Positions 12,715 through 25,700 of a stretch of DNA of 64,000 nt are shown in pieces (within the stretch, counting starts at the first letter, position 1; every line of letters starts with the position of its first letter). Origin of the DNA: Pecten maximus (lineage: Eukaryota); NCBI RefSeq assembly GCF_902652985.1, contig NC_047026.1, forward strand, positions 11,904,001 to 11,968,000. The letters run 5' to 3'. The notes below the pieces were generated by a model. That model made no database searches. It was not told where the DNA came from and saw only the letters and a program-made list of their open reading frames with translations. The translations under genes were made by a program, and so were the position numbers.

Positions 12715-14045
12715 AATACTTGGTTATCTCCCCTAGTTTGAAACTTCTAATTAGTCTGGCAATTGGACTATTTACATAGACATTCACAGAATTAGATGTT
12801 TTACTTTATATGTTTGTTGACGAGCGAAAGATTGAAATGTTACAAGTAAATTACTGACAATTATTCATTGTACGCGATGTTTTCACAAGGAAAAAATACG
12901 TTTAACTGATCGATTTTCTAACATCTCGTAACAAAATGACAACACAGAAATCGGAAATCATAGCTGGAACAAATATTGTGGACAAACCGGAAAGCGTACA
13001 ACGTCGTACTATGAAATACAGGAAAACCATCATACCAATATTGACATGAACAACATTACATGCAGGAGACATCGAGGAGACATGATTTGATCGAAATGAT
13101 TAAGTTCCAAAGCTATGAGTTAAGAATAGTTGTGTTAAAATTTATCACTTGAAACGATAAATAGTTTTATCCAATCTAAAATGCTGTAATAAATTTCAAC
13201 AGCACATTTATGTTGATATTCATAAATTGTAAGTCGTTCCTTAAAGGCGTTAATTAGATATATTTCTATACAGCGGGTGCCAGTTCATGCATTTGTAATG
13301 CTGAAACTAAATAATATGATAAAATCCTAGCATCATATAATACAATGATAAATAAAATACTTTAATCGTGACATCATAAGATAATGATAAAAGGAAATGA
13401 TATAATGATAACATCATATGATATGATAGAATCATATAATATAATGATGACATTATATAATACAATGATAGAATAAAAATAGATAATGATGACATTATAT
13501 AATATGATAATAAAATCAAATGGAATAATAATGAAATCATACAATATAATGACAAAATCGTGATACAATGAAGAAATCCTCTAATATACTGAAAATATCA
13601 ATTCATAAAGGATTATTCTAACCATATGTGGCAGTTATGGAGGTCCATAGTTTCAGGTGAATGGTTTTTTTTTCATTCGGATGAATGTATAGTGTCTATA
13701 CATAGAACGGATGGCGATACGGTAGGTTATATTATACATGTATATAGGTATATAAATCTACAGAATATACAGTTAGTTGATACGAATGACGTTTTATGAA
13801 TATTCCTGTTTCTTTTCAGGATACCAGACGAACATCAATGGTGGAGAAACAGACGCCGACAACATGTTAAAATGTTAGATTGACACAGTGAAAATAATGA
13901 CACTGCAGTATCGATTGGTTTATGAACTATAAATACCTGTATACACATAGTAGGATTCGCCAGTCACTTAAACAACATATATTAGTTTACGTGGTACAAT
14001 AGTTGGACAATTTCCTGCACTATATGGAGAGAAAAGGTAAGTTGA
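12715..14045 (+). promoter_or_regulatory. 5' upstream / 5'-UTR region of SLC16 copy 1, paralogous to 60500-61615
   Basis: Collinear similar blocks in both copies: ttatctccc.tagtttgaaactt, ggactattt...gacattcacagaatta, tagaacggatggcgatacgg, and caatggtggagaaa...ccgacaacatg. A probable non-coding exon begins after ttttcag at ~13820 and ends at the gtaag donor at ~14037. Confidence 0.6.
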
Positions 14046-14505
14046 GCATTGATTGTATGTTTTGTGTAATGTACCCATATAAGACATCTCCAGTTAACTA
14101 TCATGTTCTGACACCCGTCTTGTAACTCCATTTTAGATTTAGTCACTGGAGATTGTCACAGCTGTGTATTAATTCTCCAGGAAACAAGATACGGTATCGA
14201 CCATCTATTTGTGAATTTAAGATGTAAATAGGCCATTATGACAAGTTAATGATTGGAATAAATTACTTTATGCAAATTACCGATATATGTGACCGTGACT
14301 ACGAAAATGGGTACAGATGCGGCCAGCCTCATTTTGAGAAAAAGCCGTCGAAAGTCGCGAGATGTATTTCTTTCTTTTTTTTTAACACATGTTATGAATG
14401 AATCTAGTAGTTTATTTGAAGTTCTGTGATGCTGTCATCAGATAAAAAAGATAATTTGTTGTTGTTGTTTTTTCGTATAGAAATCGCAAAATGAGGGTAT
14501 ATATA

Positions 14506-14965
14506 GAGGTTACACAACGAGTGGTTGTTGGATATGGAATTTATTTCACACGAGTAAGTTATTTTTTAAAAGTTACAAAAGACACGAGCTTTAGCGAGTG
14601 TTTTTTGCAACTTTAAAAAAATAACTTACGAGTGTGAAATAAATTCCATATCCAACAATTTCGAGTCGTGTGACCTGTTTCTACCACAATAATATCGGCT
14701 TGAATCAAAGGGAAACGTGGCCAAGTATAATTTCGCGTATGCAAATAAAGTGTACCGGTGACGTCCGGGACCCGGTGATGTGACGTCATTAGATTATTGA
14801 TGACGTCAATAACAATTGCAGCTTGGGTCAAAGTTCACCGTGTTAGCCAATCGAAATGCGTACAGAGTTTATACCACGTGTGGTATAAACAGATTGTTAA
14901 TCAACAGCTGTGATGATTAACTGATGGTCTGAGAGTTGAATAACACGGCGTATTGTGGTAGAAAC

Positions 14966-14968
<3 letters not shown>
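14506..14968. mobile_element. Palindromic non-autonomous element (foldback, Crypton-like architecture) in a TA tract
   Basis: Long hairpin at 14508-14675 plus a second inverted pair, tgtttctaccacaata (14676-14691) and tattgtggtagaaaca (14951-14966). Flanked by (TA)n. Confidence 0.6.
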
Positions 14969-15002
<34 letters not shown>

Positions 15003-15244
15003 GTAATCGAATGCACCCGATGGAACGGGAGATCACTCTCGTTACCTAACTGCTGTACAGATGCTCCACGAAGTCAACATTACCTTGTCTATATTCTCTG
15101 AGCTTTTTACACATAACCTGCAATGATGATTACTTGATCTATGAAAAACACAGCTGGAAGATGTGATTTGTGATTATGATGAAGTGTGAATGTTCAGGTG
15201 TAAGTAATATTTTACTTTCACTTAAAATATTGCAATATTGTGCG

Positions 15245-17850
15245 GTACAAGTCGTTCCGGCCTCTACCAGTCCGGCCCGCTAGTCGTTCCGGCCCCTAAC
15301 CGGTCCGTCCCTAGGCGTTCCGGCCCCTTAGTCATTCCGGCCCCTTAGTCGTTCCGGCCCCTTATTTGTACCTTTTCGACCCCCCCATGTTGTGTTTTTT
15401 TTATTATCTTTTCTGGTGTTATTTACATATCTATACATGTAAATACATATAATTTTACAATTTTATTCAGTACAGGTTGTCGCCCCTTAATCGGAATATT
15501 GTATAGCGTGAGTAAACGAAGCTAACAATATATCGTGTTGTTTTCGCGGTGTTGTGATTGGATCCGTGATATCATCCTTTGCCTCATGTGGTAAGTGTTT
15601 GGTATTTTTTATGATGAACTGACGTTCAGTACTATACAAAAGATGGGGGGTGGGGGGTTATTATAAAACGTCACTGTGTATAACAAAGAAAACTAGAACA
15701 AGAAAAATTCAATAGATGTGATGAAGAGCTACCTTAATCGTATATGATTTAACTTAATACATATTGCTTTATCGGAAAATTGCAAATCATTTTCAATTAT
15801 ATCATCAGTTTTACCTTAGCGGTCAGGCTCTAAGATATTTAAGATATTTTATATATTTACACACCAAAATTGTGATGAAGAGCTACCTTAATCGTATATG
15901 ATTTAACTTAATACATATTGCTTTATCGGAAAATTGCAAATCATTTTCAATTATATCATCAGTTTTACCTTAGCGGTCAGGCTCTGGAATGCCCTCTCAA
16001 TATGTCCTGGCGGGAGGTACGGAAGGCCGAGCAGTTGCTGGATGAAGACGTACAGTCCCTTCTTTTCACAGTAGGTCGTCTTCAGTCCAAGGGAGTTATT
16101 GATTATTATTTTTAACACAATATTTTAGTGATCTTGTTTTGGGTCATCTATAGAGGCTATACTTACGGCTAGATAGTCGATCTTGCGCATCCTGGACATC
16201 AAGATGTAGACTAGTGGCACCTGCTTCATGACGTTGTCCTGCTGGATGAAGGCGTGGATGCTGTACAACTGGACAAATGGACGTCGAACAACCTTAAATG
16301 TTCCATCTAAATACCACCTGAAAAAATATAGCATCAATGAAATACACGATGAAATACACGTATACAATGCATAGTATTTACCATCATGGTTTTGGAGGTT
16401 ATAACGCACTTGATGAACTGAAATCACTTGTGAAATTAATTAAACAAATAATAATTATATAAGTAATAATAAGTATACGACTCAACAATATTAAAGATCA
16501 TCTTAACATATTATTTCATATGTCCTGAACAATTTTGTATGTATATAATTCTTTACACTTTATATGTTTATGATGAATGCATGAAGCTTATTGTATGAAT
16601 TTATATGATCAGCTCCTTGTATTAAGCAAAACAAAAAAAAATTCAAGCGAATCTCATACAAATGACACGGTCAATATTATTACGTTCCTACCATCTAAGG
16701 AAATATCTGACGAGTTGTCAGGTTCGACACCGGCCGGAACTCCACATCCAACGCACCACCACTCGACCTCCTGCTTAGCCTTCACCAGCTGTCGATACAG
16801 TTGTCTGCTGATTCCTGAAAACGTATACGTAATAATGAAATAAAATGAAATATACCGAATATAACATAGTTTAAACTAAAATATGTCTAAAGTATTCATA
16901 ATTATGACAAATAAATCTAACTACTTTTCCTAACTATGTATACGTATATAAGGTATACGTAAACTTATGAAATATATCTCGCAATAGATATCTTATATAA
17001 CACCGGGATTTTGTAATAACTCAGAAACATATACGATATACATTGTATAAGAAAAGTATGAAATAGACGTTTACCTTAGAAAAAATATATATGAATACTT
17101 TATACAAATCAATTAACTATGTATAAAAGGTATAGCATACTTATACATAAACGTTGACAAATACAACATAGTTTAAAGTTTTTCTAAAGTATGCATAACT
17201 ACTATCATCAAATATATACGTATAATTATGACAAAGAAATCTAACTACTTTACTTAACTATATATATAAGGTATACGTAAACTTATGAAATACATCTCGC
17301 AATAGATATCTTATATAACACCGGGATTTTGTAATAACTCAGAAACATATACGATATATAAGAAAAGTATGAAAGGTTATTGATTACTTTTTGTATCATT
17401 GACAAATACAACATAGTTTAAACTAAAATATTTCTAAAGTATGCATAACTACTATCATCAAATATATACGTAATGATGTATGAACTACTATCTGAACTAC
17501 TATCATCAAATATACGTATAATTATGAGAAATATATTATTAGGAATTGATGAAAAATGTCTAAATAATATAACCAAAACCTAGCAATTTAAGTTTGTATC
17601 AAATGTAAATAAAATACATATATAGACGTAATGACAAAATATATCTTATATACATGTAATTTAGAAAAAATAAATCTAAGTACTTTAAATAAATAAATTA
17701 ACTATATATATAAGGTATACGTATACTATGAATATAAGCCTACCTGTACCACAAGTTCTGTGTGTCCATCTCTCACACGTGCTGCAGCAGATGGCTTCTT
17801 GACGAGGCCGCACAATCTTCTGACACTTGCGGCAGTCGTCAGACATGGTG
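15245..17850 (-). mobile_element. MULE/MuDR-type transposon relic with a spliced PHD-finger and transposase gene
   Basis: Subterminal gtcgttccggcccc repeats at 15250-15362. Exons 17846-17744 and 16814-~16691 give a PHD finger (CRKC...CCSTCERWTHRTC...WWCVGC). Exon ~16317-16167 reads WYLDGTFK...QLYSIHAF...VPLVYILMSR. Region ~16090-15980 reads LGLPYLPPGHIERAF. Confidence 0.8.
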
Positions 17851-18234
17851 ACCGTAATGAACTTTCCATCGAAAAATGCTCCTTATATGACAAAATTAAT
17901 CTTTTTAAGCTGCCGACTGTCATTTTAGTTAAAATCATACAAATTTGCATATTTAAACTTGAAAGATGGACAAAGCTCGATTTCAACAAGATGTGATGAT
18001 AGAAAAAATAAAACGTCCTTCATCTGCTTCAAGTAAAAACAACGACACCTTTGGTGTTTACGCGCATTTTGAATGAAGCCATAAAATCATCAGCCCACGA
18101 GGTACAACCAAACAAAATACGGTGATGGTAATTAGTCTTCATATTCATATTGTGAACCGCGAACATTTCAATCACCATGATGTCATAGATATCGGGATTT
18201 GAAGGTAACACGTGTTATTAATGACACTGTCACC

Positions 18235-21200
18235 ATGAGTCAACTTTCAGTTGCAACAAACTTTAGCTGTTGTAGCATTCCTGCAGAAATCATTTTAAAT
18301 CAGGACAAACCATTCATAGATGAAATAGAGACTGTTGACCAGCTGTATTATTCAAAACTTTACGCATCATCCGATGATACCGGTGCCTTCCGTGATCTTT
18401 CATCCGATTCCAGCAGTGACGAGTTTAATTATGAGTCGGATGAATCTTCAGATGGGAATGATATTATATTTGTTTCAACCGAACCCAGTGAACATGATAC
18501 AACTGAATACATAGCTCAGGCTAAATTCCGCAATGACACCTGTAACTGTAAACTATATAGTGGTGCACCATGCAGTGTAAATATTGACTTGGAATCAGCA
18601 TTTGAATTCAGAGAACACTGTCACCAATTAACACATGATGAACTTGATATCACAGTGAAGGCTGAGCTATTTGCTCACCGTAGATCTGGTGATCATACCC
18701 AGTCAAAGAAGCACAAGGTAAAAGAGAGGGAACGACCGTATCAAGAGTTTTATTTTCATGGAGTCCGTGTTTGTAGAACTACAATTTGTTTTATACATGA
18801 TATCAGCAAGAACAAATTACAGGCAATTAGTAAGTCGCTGGATACTCATGGTTTGATTCCACGAAAACATGGCAATTTTGGGAAATCTCCACATAATGCA
18901 CTGTCCGTAAATGACAGGCAGCATATCAAGACATTTTTGACTAAATATGCTAAAGACAATGCTTTGCCTATTCCTGGTAGACTACCAAATTACAAGTCAG
19001 AAAAGGTGCTTCTTCTTCCCTCAGATACAACTGCCTTGGACATTTTTGAAAAGTATGATACCCTGGCTGTTGACATGAAGTTTCGACAAGTAAGTCTGCG
19101 TACATTTCGGAGAATATGGCATGATTTATGTCCATACATTACAGTCATGAAACCATGTACAGACTTGTGCAACTTGTGTCAAAACTTTTCACATAAAGTT
19201 TCTGTGACTGGTCCAGCAAATGATGATGAGAAGAAACAAGTATTGGAGGAGTATAGCAACCATGTCAACCATGCTAAACAACAGAGAGATGTATACAGGC
19301 AGCAATGTTCAGAAAGTAAAGAAAAGTTCAAATTGCTGCCAGAAGAAAAGAAAATAACAGGTAATTAATTTAACAATGTAAGTAAAATTTTCTAAATTGC
19401 AAATAACTACACAAAAATGTTATATCACTTTCTATTTTTTGTGTATTTTGAGAGCTCAAGTGCAGTAAATTAACAACTCCAATACAAACACATTAAAGAT
19501 TATTCATGTTTGAATTTATCTTAACATCCTTAACATATTGTTCAAAAATATGGAAAAGAATGTTCATGTACATTATGTAAAAATGACTATAATGTATTAA
19601 CTATCTTTTTTAACGTTATGAAAGAACATGGCACAATGTATTGCTAAAAAGCTATTAATTAAAGGATTAAAATGTAGATTGAAAAAAAGGAATTTCGAAT
19701 AAACTGAAGTTTTGTCTTTATTTCCTTATAGGTAATCCGCCCTGTTCAGTCGATGGAGCTTTCCATTACTCCTGGGATTTTGCACAGCAAGTTCATTTTC
19801 CCCATCATGCTCAGCAGGTTGGTCCCATCTTCTTTAAGACCCCACGGAAGTGCAGTGTCTTCGGAATCTGCTCAGAGGGTTCAGGTAATTGATAGAAAAC
19901 ATTCATTTGTCTTGGAATATTTTATTTCAGTGAGACCTGCGAGCTAAAGTACCAGATCCAATCCAGGTAGAGTGTACATGTATATTACATTTAGAAATAA
20001 ATAGCACTGTGTTGACATTTAGATAAATCAATTGTTATAATGTATGCTTTATAAATATAAATCTTTTGGACCATGCATAATATAAACTGGTCATTGTTAT
20101 GCATCGTTAAATGTGGTACGAGTAAGATGTCAAGGTTGTAATTGAGGCTGACATTGAAAAAAGCTATTTTTATTGCAATGAAAACTCGCTGTGTATGATA
20201 AATGCTTTCTAACTTATCTACACTCAATTATGTTTTAATTAACAGGAAAGCAACTTTTCTACTTTGTGGATGAGGCTGAAAACTCTGGAATTGGGAAGGG
20301 AGCTAACTCAGTTGTCAGCATGGTCCATCACTATTTTCAGCATCATGGACATGGAGAAAGGATTGCAAACATCCATTTTGATAACTGCAGTGGACAGAAT
20401 AAAAACAACATTGTGTTGTGGTATGCCCTTTGGAGAGTCTTAGTTGGTAAGTACCAAGGACATAAGTTATTAGTTACAGTGTGTCACATATATTGTGCTG
20501 GGTTTAGTGTAAGATTCTGAGTCTGTCATAGGGAGACATAGCTCGAGCCGGAGCCTTTCTTGGAGTTACTTCCCACTATTTTTGTTCCCATTTATACAGC
20601 TGTATGTGCTACTCTTTATACATCTCGCTTTTGGATGTAAGATAACAACACTTAATTTGATATTCTGTTTAGATTTTTTAAAAAGCTTTGCAAAAAATTG
20701 CATGCAATGATCAACTTTGATATTCACAGCTACTGACACTGTAATTTAATCTGTAGTTTAGGCATTTCAAAATTCAATTCATTTTTTGCTTTTCTTTCTC
20801 AAGTCAACATTGACTATAAATTGTTTTATGTGTATGTTGATATTTTTCAGGTCTGCATATTGTCGTTCAATACTCTATGATGATTGCTGGTCACACAAAG
20901 TTTGATCCTGACTGGCATTTTGGTGTGTGGAAACTGCGCTGGAGATCCAGTAATGTTGAAACTCTAGAGGAAGTTGCCAAGACAGTTACACACTCATCAC
21001 GTAATGGACATAATATTCCACAGTTGGTGAAAGATGAAGACAAACCCGTTATATTTAGAGACTGGAAGTCATACTTAAAGCAGTACTTCAAGCCCCTGAA
21101 GAATCTCACAAAATATCACCATTTTCTTGTTGACGCTACTAAGCCTGGGACAGTGTTATGCAAGGAACTAAATGACTCTCCCACAGTGTCTGTCAACCTG

Positions 21201-21443
21201 CTGAAGAGAAAGGACTTCCTTCCATCTCTGGATGATGAACCAGAAGAAATGGTGTCAGCAGGACTGGATCCATCAAGACAGTGGTATTTGTATGACAACA
21301 TTAGGGAATATTGTAAGACAGAAAGCTCACAGAACATTACATGTCCTAAACCCACTGTACTGAAATCAGAAGTGGACCTAGTACAAGAAATTGACAAAGC
21401 ACCAAGTCTTCCATGCAAACGAAAAGGTTTACTGTTGAGATGA
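18235..21443 (+). CDS. Sola1-like transposase, 4 exons (18235-19360, 19732-19884, 20246-20446, 20851-21443), about 690 aa, open frame
   Basis: GT-AG introns, all phase 1, join in frame. Motifs YSWDFAQQ, FKTPRKC, DE...GKGANS, HFDNCSGQNKNN and GHTKFDPD. Confidence 0.85.
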
Positions 21444-22798
21444 TGTTGATGATTGCTTGCTTAGTATATACATGTTCTTGATGCAAGCAGCATGTATGTC
21501 TAAAACTTTGACAACCAATTAATGTTTTGTTATTTAATTGTTAGGAATTGTTCAGTTTATACTAGTGGCTGTTGAATTAATTCTTTGTTTATGTTGACAG
21601 TTGATGTATCAGACAATTAAAACAAGTCTTATAGTGTACTACACTTCACTGTAACTTGTTGCTTATATAATTATCTTTCCAAACTTGAATAAAAAAGATC
21701 ATTGGCAAAGCTTGAAATAAGTTTTTCCCCCCTTTTTCTCAGTGTTCATGCAAGGAATTTATTTTCAAATAGCAAATTATCTCCCCTTAGTTTTTGTTTG
21801 CTAAATGTGTCGCGCGTGAAATGTGTTTTCCGGTCAAAAATGTCGCTCACGCACTTTCTCCCCCATGAGAATTTTTAAAAGTTGGCAAGTATGCACTATA
21901 CCATCATTTCATATTTAGCATGTTTGATTATCTCCCTTTGTTGTATATAATTCTTGTGAGTGAAACTTTGTATTACACTGGTGCTAAAGCTCATCTTGCA
22001 TATCAATACTTTAACCTACCCTGATGAGTGTTACAGGGTTATTAATGAAGTACTGATATTAAGTTAATTACAGTTTATACACAGCCATAATGTATATATC
22101 ATCAAATGATTTTTTAAAATGCCCCCCCCCCCCCTCCCCCCTCCCCATGTAAAATTAAGCCTTCTTAGTAATAACTAACACACAAGTATTTTCTGAATGT
22201 ATTGTACTGTTCTTAGCTACAAGTTCTTTAAGTCTTTTCCTCACATTTGGTAATATTTTATTTAGAATTATTAAAGAATATCAATATTGTAATCTCAATT
22301 TTTGATATTACAGTGTATTTAAGGAAATGCACATGGATGATCTCAATTTATGATATTAAATGTACATTTAAATGTATGCTGCTATATGAGTATATGATTC
22401 AATCTTTGAAATAAACTGTTTTTTGTTAGTTCAAATAATTTATTAACTTTTAGAGATGTAAATATATTGATGCTGTAATTAAGTGTGATGTTGAATAGTC
22501 ACGTAAAATGTCATAATCTGACTCTGTGTTTTTTTTGTCATACACTTAGGTTCAATGACATGGTATGTTAAGTGAATTGTCTCCGTAATAGTAAGGCATA
22601 GACCACTAATATTTTGGATTTACATTTTTCACAATATAGGCTTTCAGAAAATGGAATCAACTCAATTTATGATTTTTCCTCATCTGGCACCATTTTTGCA
22701 GTCATGGTCACATATGTATCATTGACCGTATGTTTGGAATTGGGACCAATTTCCTTTCTTATGAAATATTTTGTTTCCACAGTTCATGATATTGTAAA

Positions 22799-25700
22799 AT
22801 GAAGCTGACAGAACCAGACCGAGGCTGGTCTTGGATGGTACTCGGGGCATCGTTTGGAGTCATGGTCATCAATGGCTGCCTCGGACAAGGCATCGGGGTG
22901 GTACATCTCGCCCTCCTCGAAAACTTCAATGAGGATAGCACGAGGACAGCGTTGGCTGGATCTCTGTTTGCAGCAACACAATCATGTGGAGGTCAGTATG
23001 TGTACATTGGAATAGGATGCATTTTTGACATACCGGTTCACATTTCAAAACAAGGCTATTTTTATTCGTTAAATGTCAAACATAGTGGTAAAATATACTT
23101 CTTTGTCAACACAGGACAATATATACCACAGTGTCAACGTATACAATAGCAAAACCTTTCTCTGTATCAACACACAAAAACACAATATACCACCGTGTCA
23201 ACGTGTACCATAGCAAAACTTATAACTGTGTCAAGAGGCTCCTGACGGGTGGTTATGCTACATTTGACACATATTCTAACGGTCTCGGATCACACGACTA
23301 GGTCATAACAGATATCAAGCTACCAATGCCAAATACCATAATTATAAAACAGCTTTCCCTAACACCATAATGATTAGTATGTTGGTTGCAGGTGTGTTTG
23401 CTGGTTTTATCATTAAGAAGTACAGTTGCCGGGCAGCAACTATAGCTGGCTCACTGGTGATGACCGCGGGGTTTCTTTGCTGCGTCTTCATCAACACTCT
23501 CGACTTAGTGATACTGTTTTACGGGGGAATAGTAGGTATGGCTAATTTTCAAATTGTTTATAATCGCAAACGAACTACATGTAAAAGTAGAGTAAGTGGA
23601 TTATCGCCATATCACCGAGACAGTATACAACAAATTACCGTTTACTTCACTCTGTAGTCCTGAATGGCAGCAGAAAATTTGTTCTGAAGGTAACATAAAG
23701 CTCGAGTTGTAGAGATGGGTTAACCAAGGGAAACTATCTGGAAATTGTCCACTGGAAAAATAAATCAGTCAGGACTTCTGAATACATTATAATTAAGTAA
23801 TAGTGACTTACTAGAAATGATATCGAGTGAAGTGACGGCTCCTATCTATCCTGCTTAATTGGACACAGTGCCTTTACAAAGCATGCCATCCAGAATTTTT
23901 CTTTTCATTTTGTAGGCGCTGGTGCTGGATTGACATACACGACCGGAATAATCGTGATCGGGTTCAACTTTGAGAAGAGGCTTAACCTTGCTAGTGGCTT
24001 AGCCCTGTCTGGTATAGGTATGGGCGTAATGTGTCTCTCCCCGGTCGTCCAGGAGATGAGGGAAATGTTCGGAAATAAAGGTTTTTTCTTCATCCTCGCC
24101 GGCATTTCTTTACACCTTTGCATATTTGGCACATTATACTTTCCATCAGTATTAGAGAAAAGAACGAAAGTTACTGGCAGTCTGGATATGGAGGAAAGGA
24201 CATCAGATGAGATATGTCCGATCAATGTAGATAAGGATGACATAGCAATGAGCCAGGATAGAACTCTGGAAGCAGACACTCCATTAGGTACAATGACTGA
24301 ACCAAAATCAGTCATATTTCAAATAACCAATGTCTGCAGAAATTTTCCATTTGTTATGATATGCTGTTGTCTGTTTTTCGCCCATTTTGGGATATATATA
24401 ATGTTTTTGAATTTGCCGATCTATGCTGTCATAAATGGTGCTGAAGCACATAAGGGATCGATCCTCATCTCCGTCTCAGGTATGAGTTCAATATTAGGAA
24501 GATTGCTCACCGGCCTGACCACAAATGGAAACGACGTGGATGTAGCATTGCTGCTGTTCGGAACACTCTCAGTGTTGGGTGTATCAAACATATGTTTGCC
24601 TCTCTATGGACATTCTTACGAGGGGCAAGTCATGTATTCTGTTTTTCTAGGTTTATATAGTGGGAGCTGTTTTCCCTTGCTCAATGGACTGAGTTTACGA
24701 CTGGTTGGATTACCATACCTTGCTACAGCGGTGAGCGTCGAGATGTTCTCTGTAGGACTAGGGATATTGTGCGGCCCTCCGTGTGCAGGTCAGTATATTT
24801 GTGGTTACTGTCAATCATTGCATCCTTGTCCATTTTTACGGGAACGCAAATGTAGGATTGTTTGGTATAAAGGATACGGATGAATTCATTTTGTGAGATA
24901 CTTGTGTGTTGAGCAACCCAACAAAATATATATAACTGGGAACAGATATTCCTCCAGACTAAAAAGCTGATACTATAATGTGATGCAAAATGATATAGAC
25001 TTTCCAAAAAAGCAGAGCAATCTGTTGTCTACCAGAAAAATACCGCCAGCACCTCTGCATGTCGTGGTCGAAGTCTTGACGAATTGGAGAACGTGCCTGC
25101 AATATAAAACAGAATAGCCCAAAGCAGAAAAGGTGTGAAAATGGGGAGGGCGGGTGGGGATTTGCCTTTCTCAGTAGCTTTTCCCAAATATGCCTACTGG
25201 ATATACTGTGCAAAGGAGGATAACTCCAAGATGATGGTAGGTAACTTGGTACACTGCACAAAGCAATGAAGAGACATACTTCATGTAGTCGTATAATTCA
25301 TGTGCATACTAGAAAAGGGAATTTTATAAATGCATATCAAATTAGCCATACAATTAATAAGGCGGTCTTCATATGATAAATTAAATTATAATTTAGAAAT
25401 AATTTTTATTATCAGATAGAAGACACTCTGAACAAAGAACAAAGATAACAATTTCTTTACTAATTATGTCTTTTAATTGTACCTAAACTTACAAGTAAAT
25501 GGCGAATGATGGCCAAACCACGTGACAGCTAAAGAGTTGGAGGAAACTGGGAACAGATATTCCTCCAGACTAAAAAAGCTGATACTATAATGTGATGTAA
25601 AATGATATAGACTTTCCAAAAAAGCAGAGCAATATGTTGTCTACCAGAAAAATACCGCCAAATGGCAACACTGCACAAACAAAGAGTTGCCACCGCCACA

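Larger units (their letters stand above)
14289..22711 (+). mobile_element. Sola1-like DNA transposon with nested insertions
   Basis: Imperfect 34-bp TIRs: gtgaccgtgactacgaaaatgggtacagatgcgg on the left versus reverse complement gtgaccatgactgcaaaaatggtgccagatgagg on the right (27/34). 4-bp ATAT duplication at 14285-14288 and 22712-22715. Encodes a DDD transposase. Absent from the paralogous position in SLC16 copy 2. Confidence 0.8.

Noticed and set aside
13307-13568. Hydrophobic short ORFs
   Set aside because: Low-complexity ATA/ATG-rich non-coding repeat; its paralogue at ~61.0 kb has no matching ORF.
15718-17370. Local direct duplications (15718-15830/15872-15985 and ~16860-17060/~17160-17370)
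   Set aside because: Ordinary local duplications inside the MULE relic; not LTRs.
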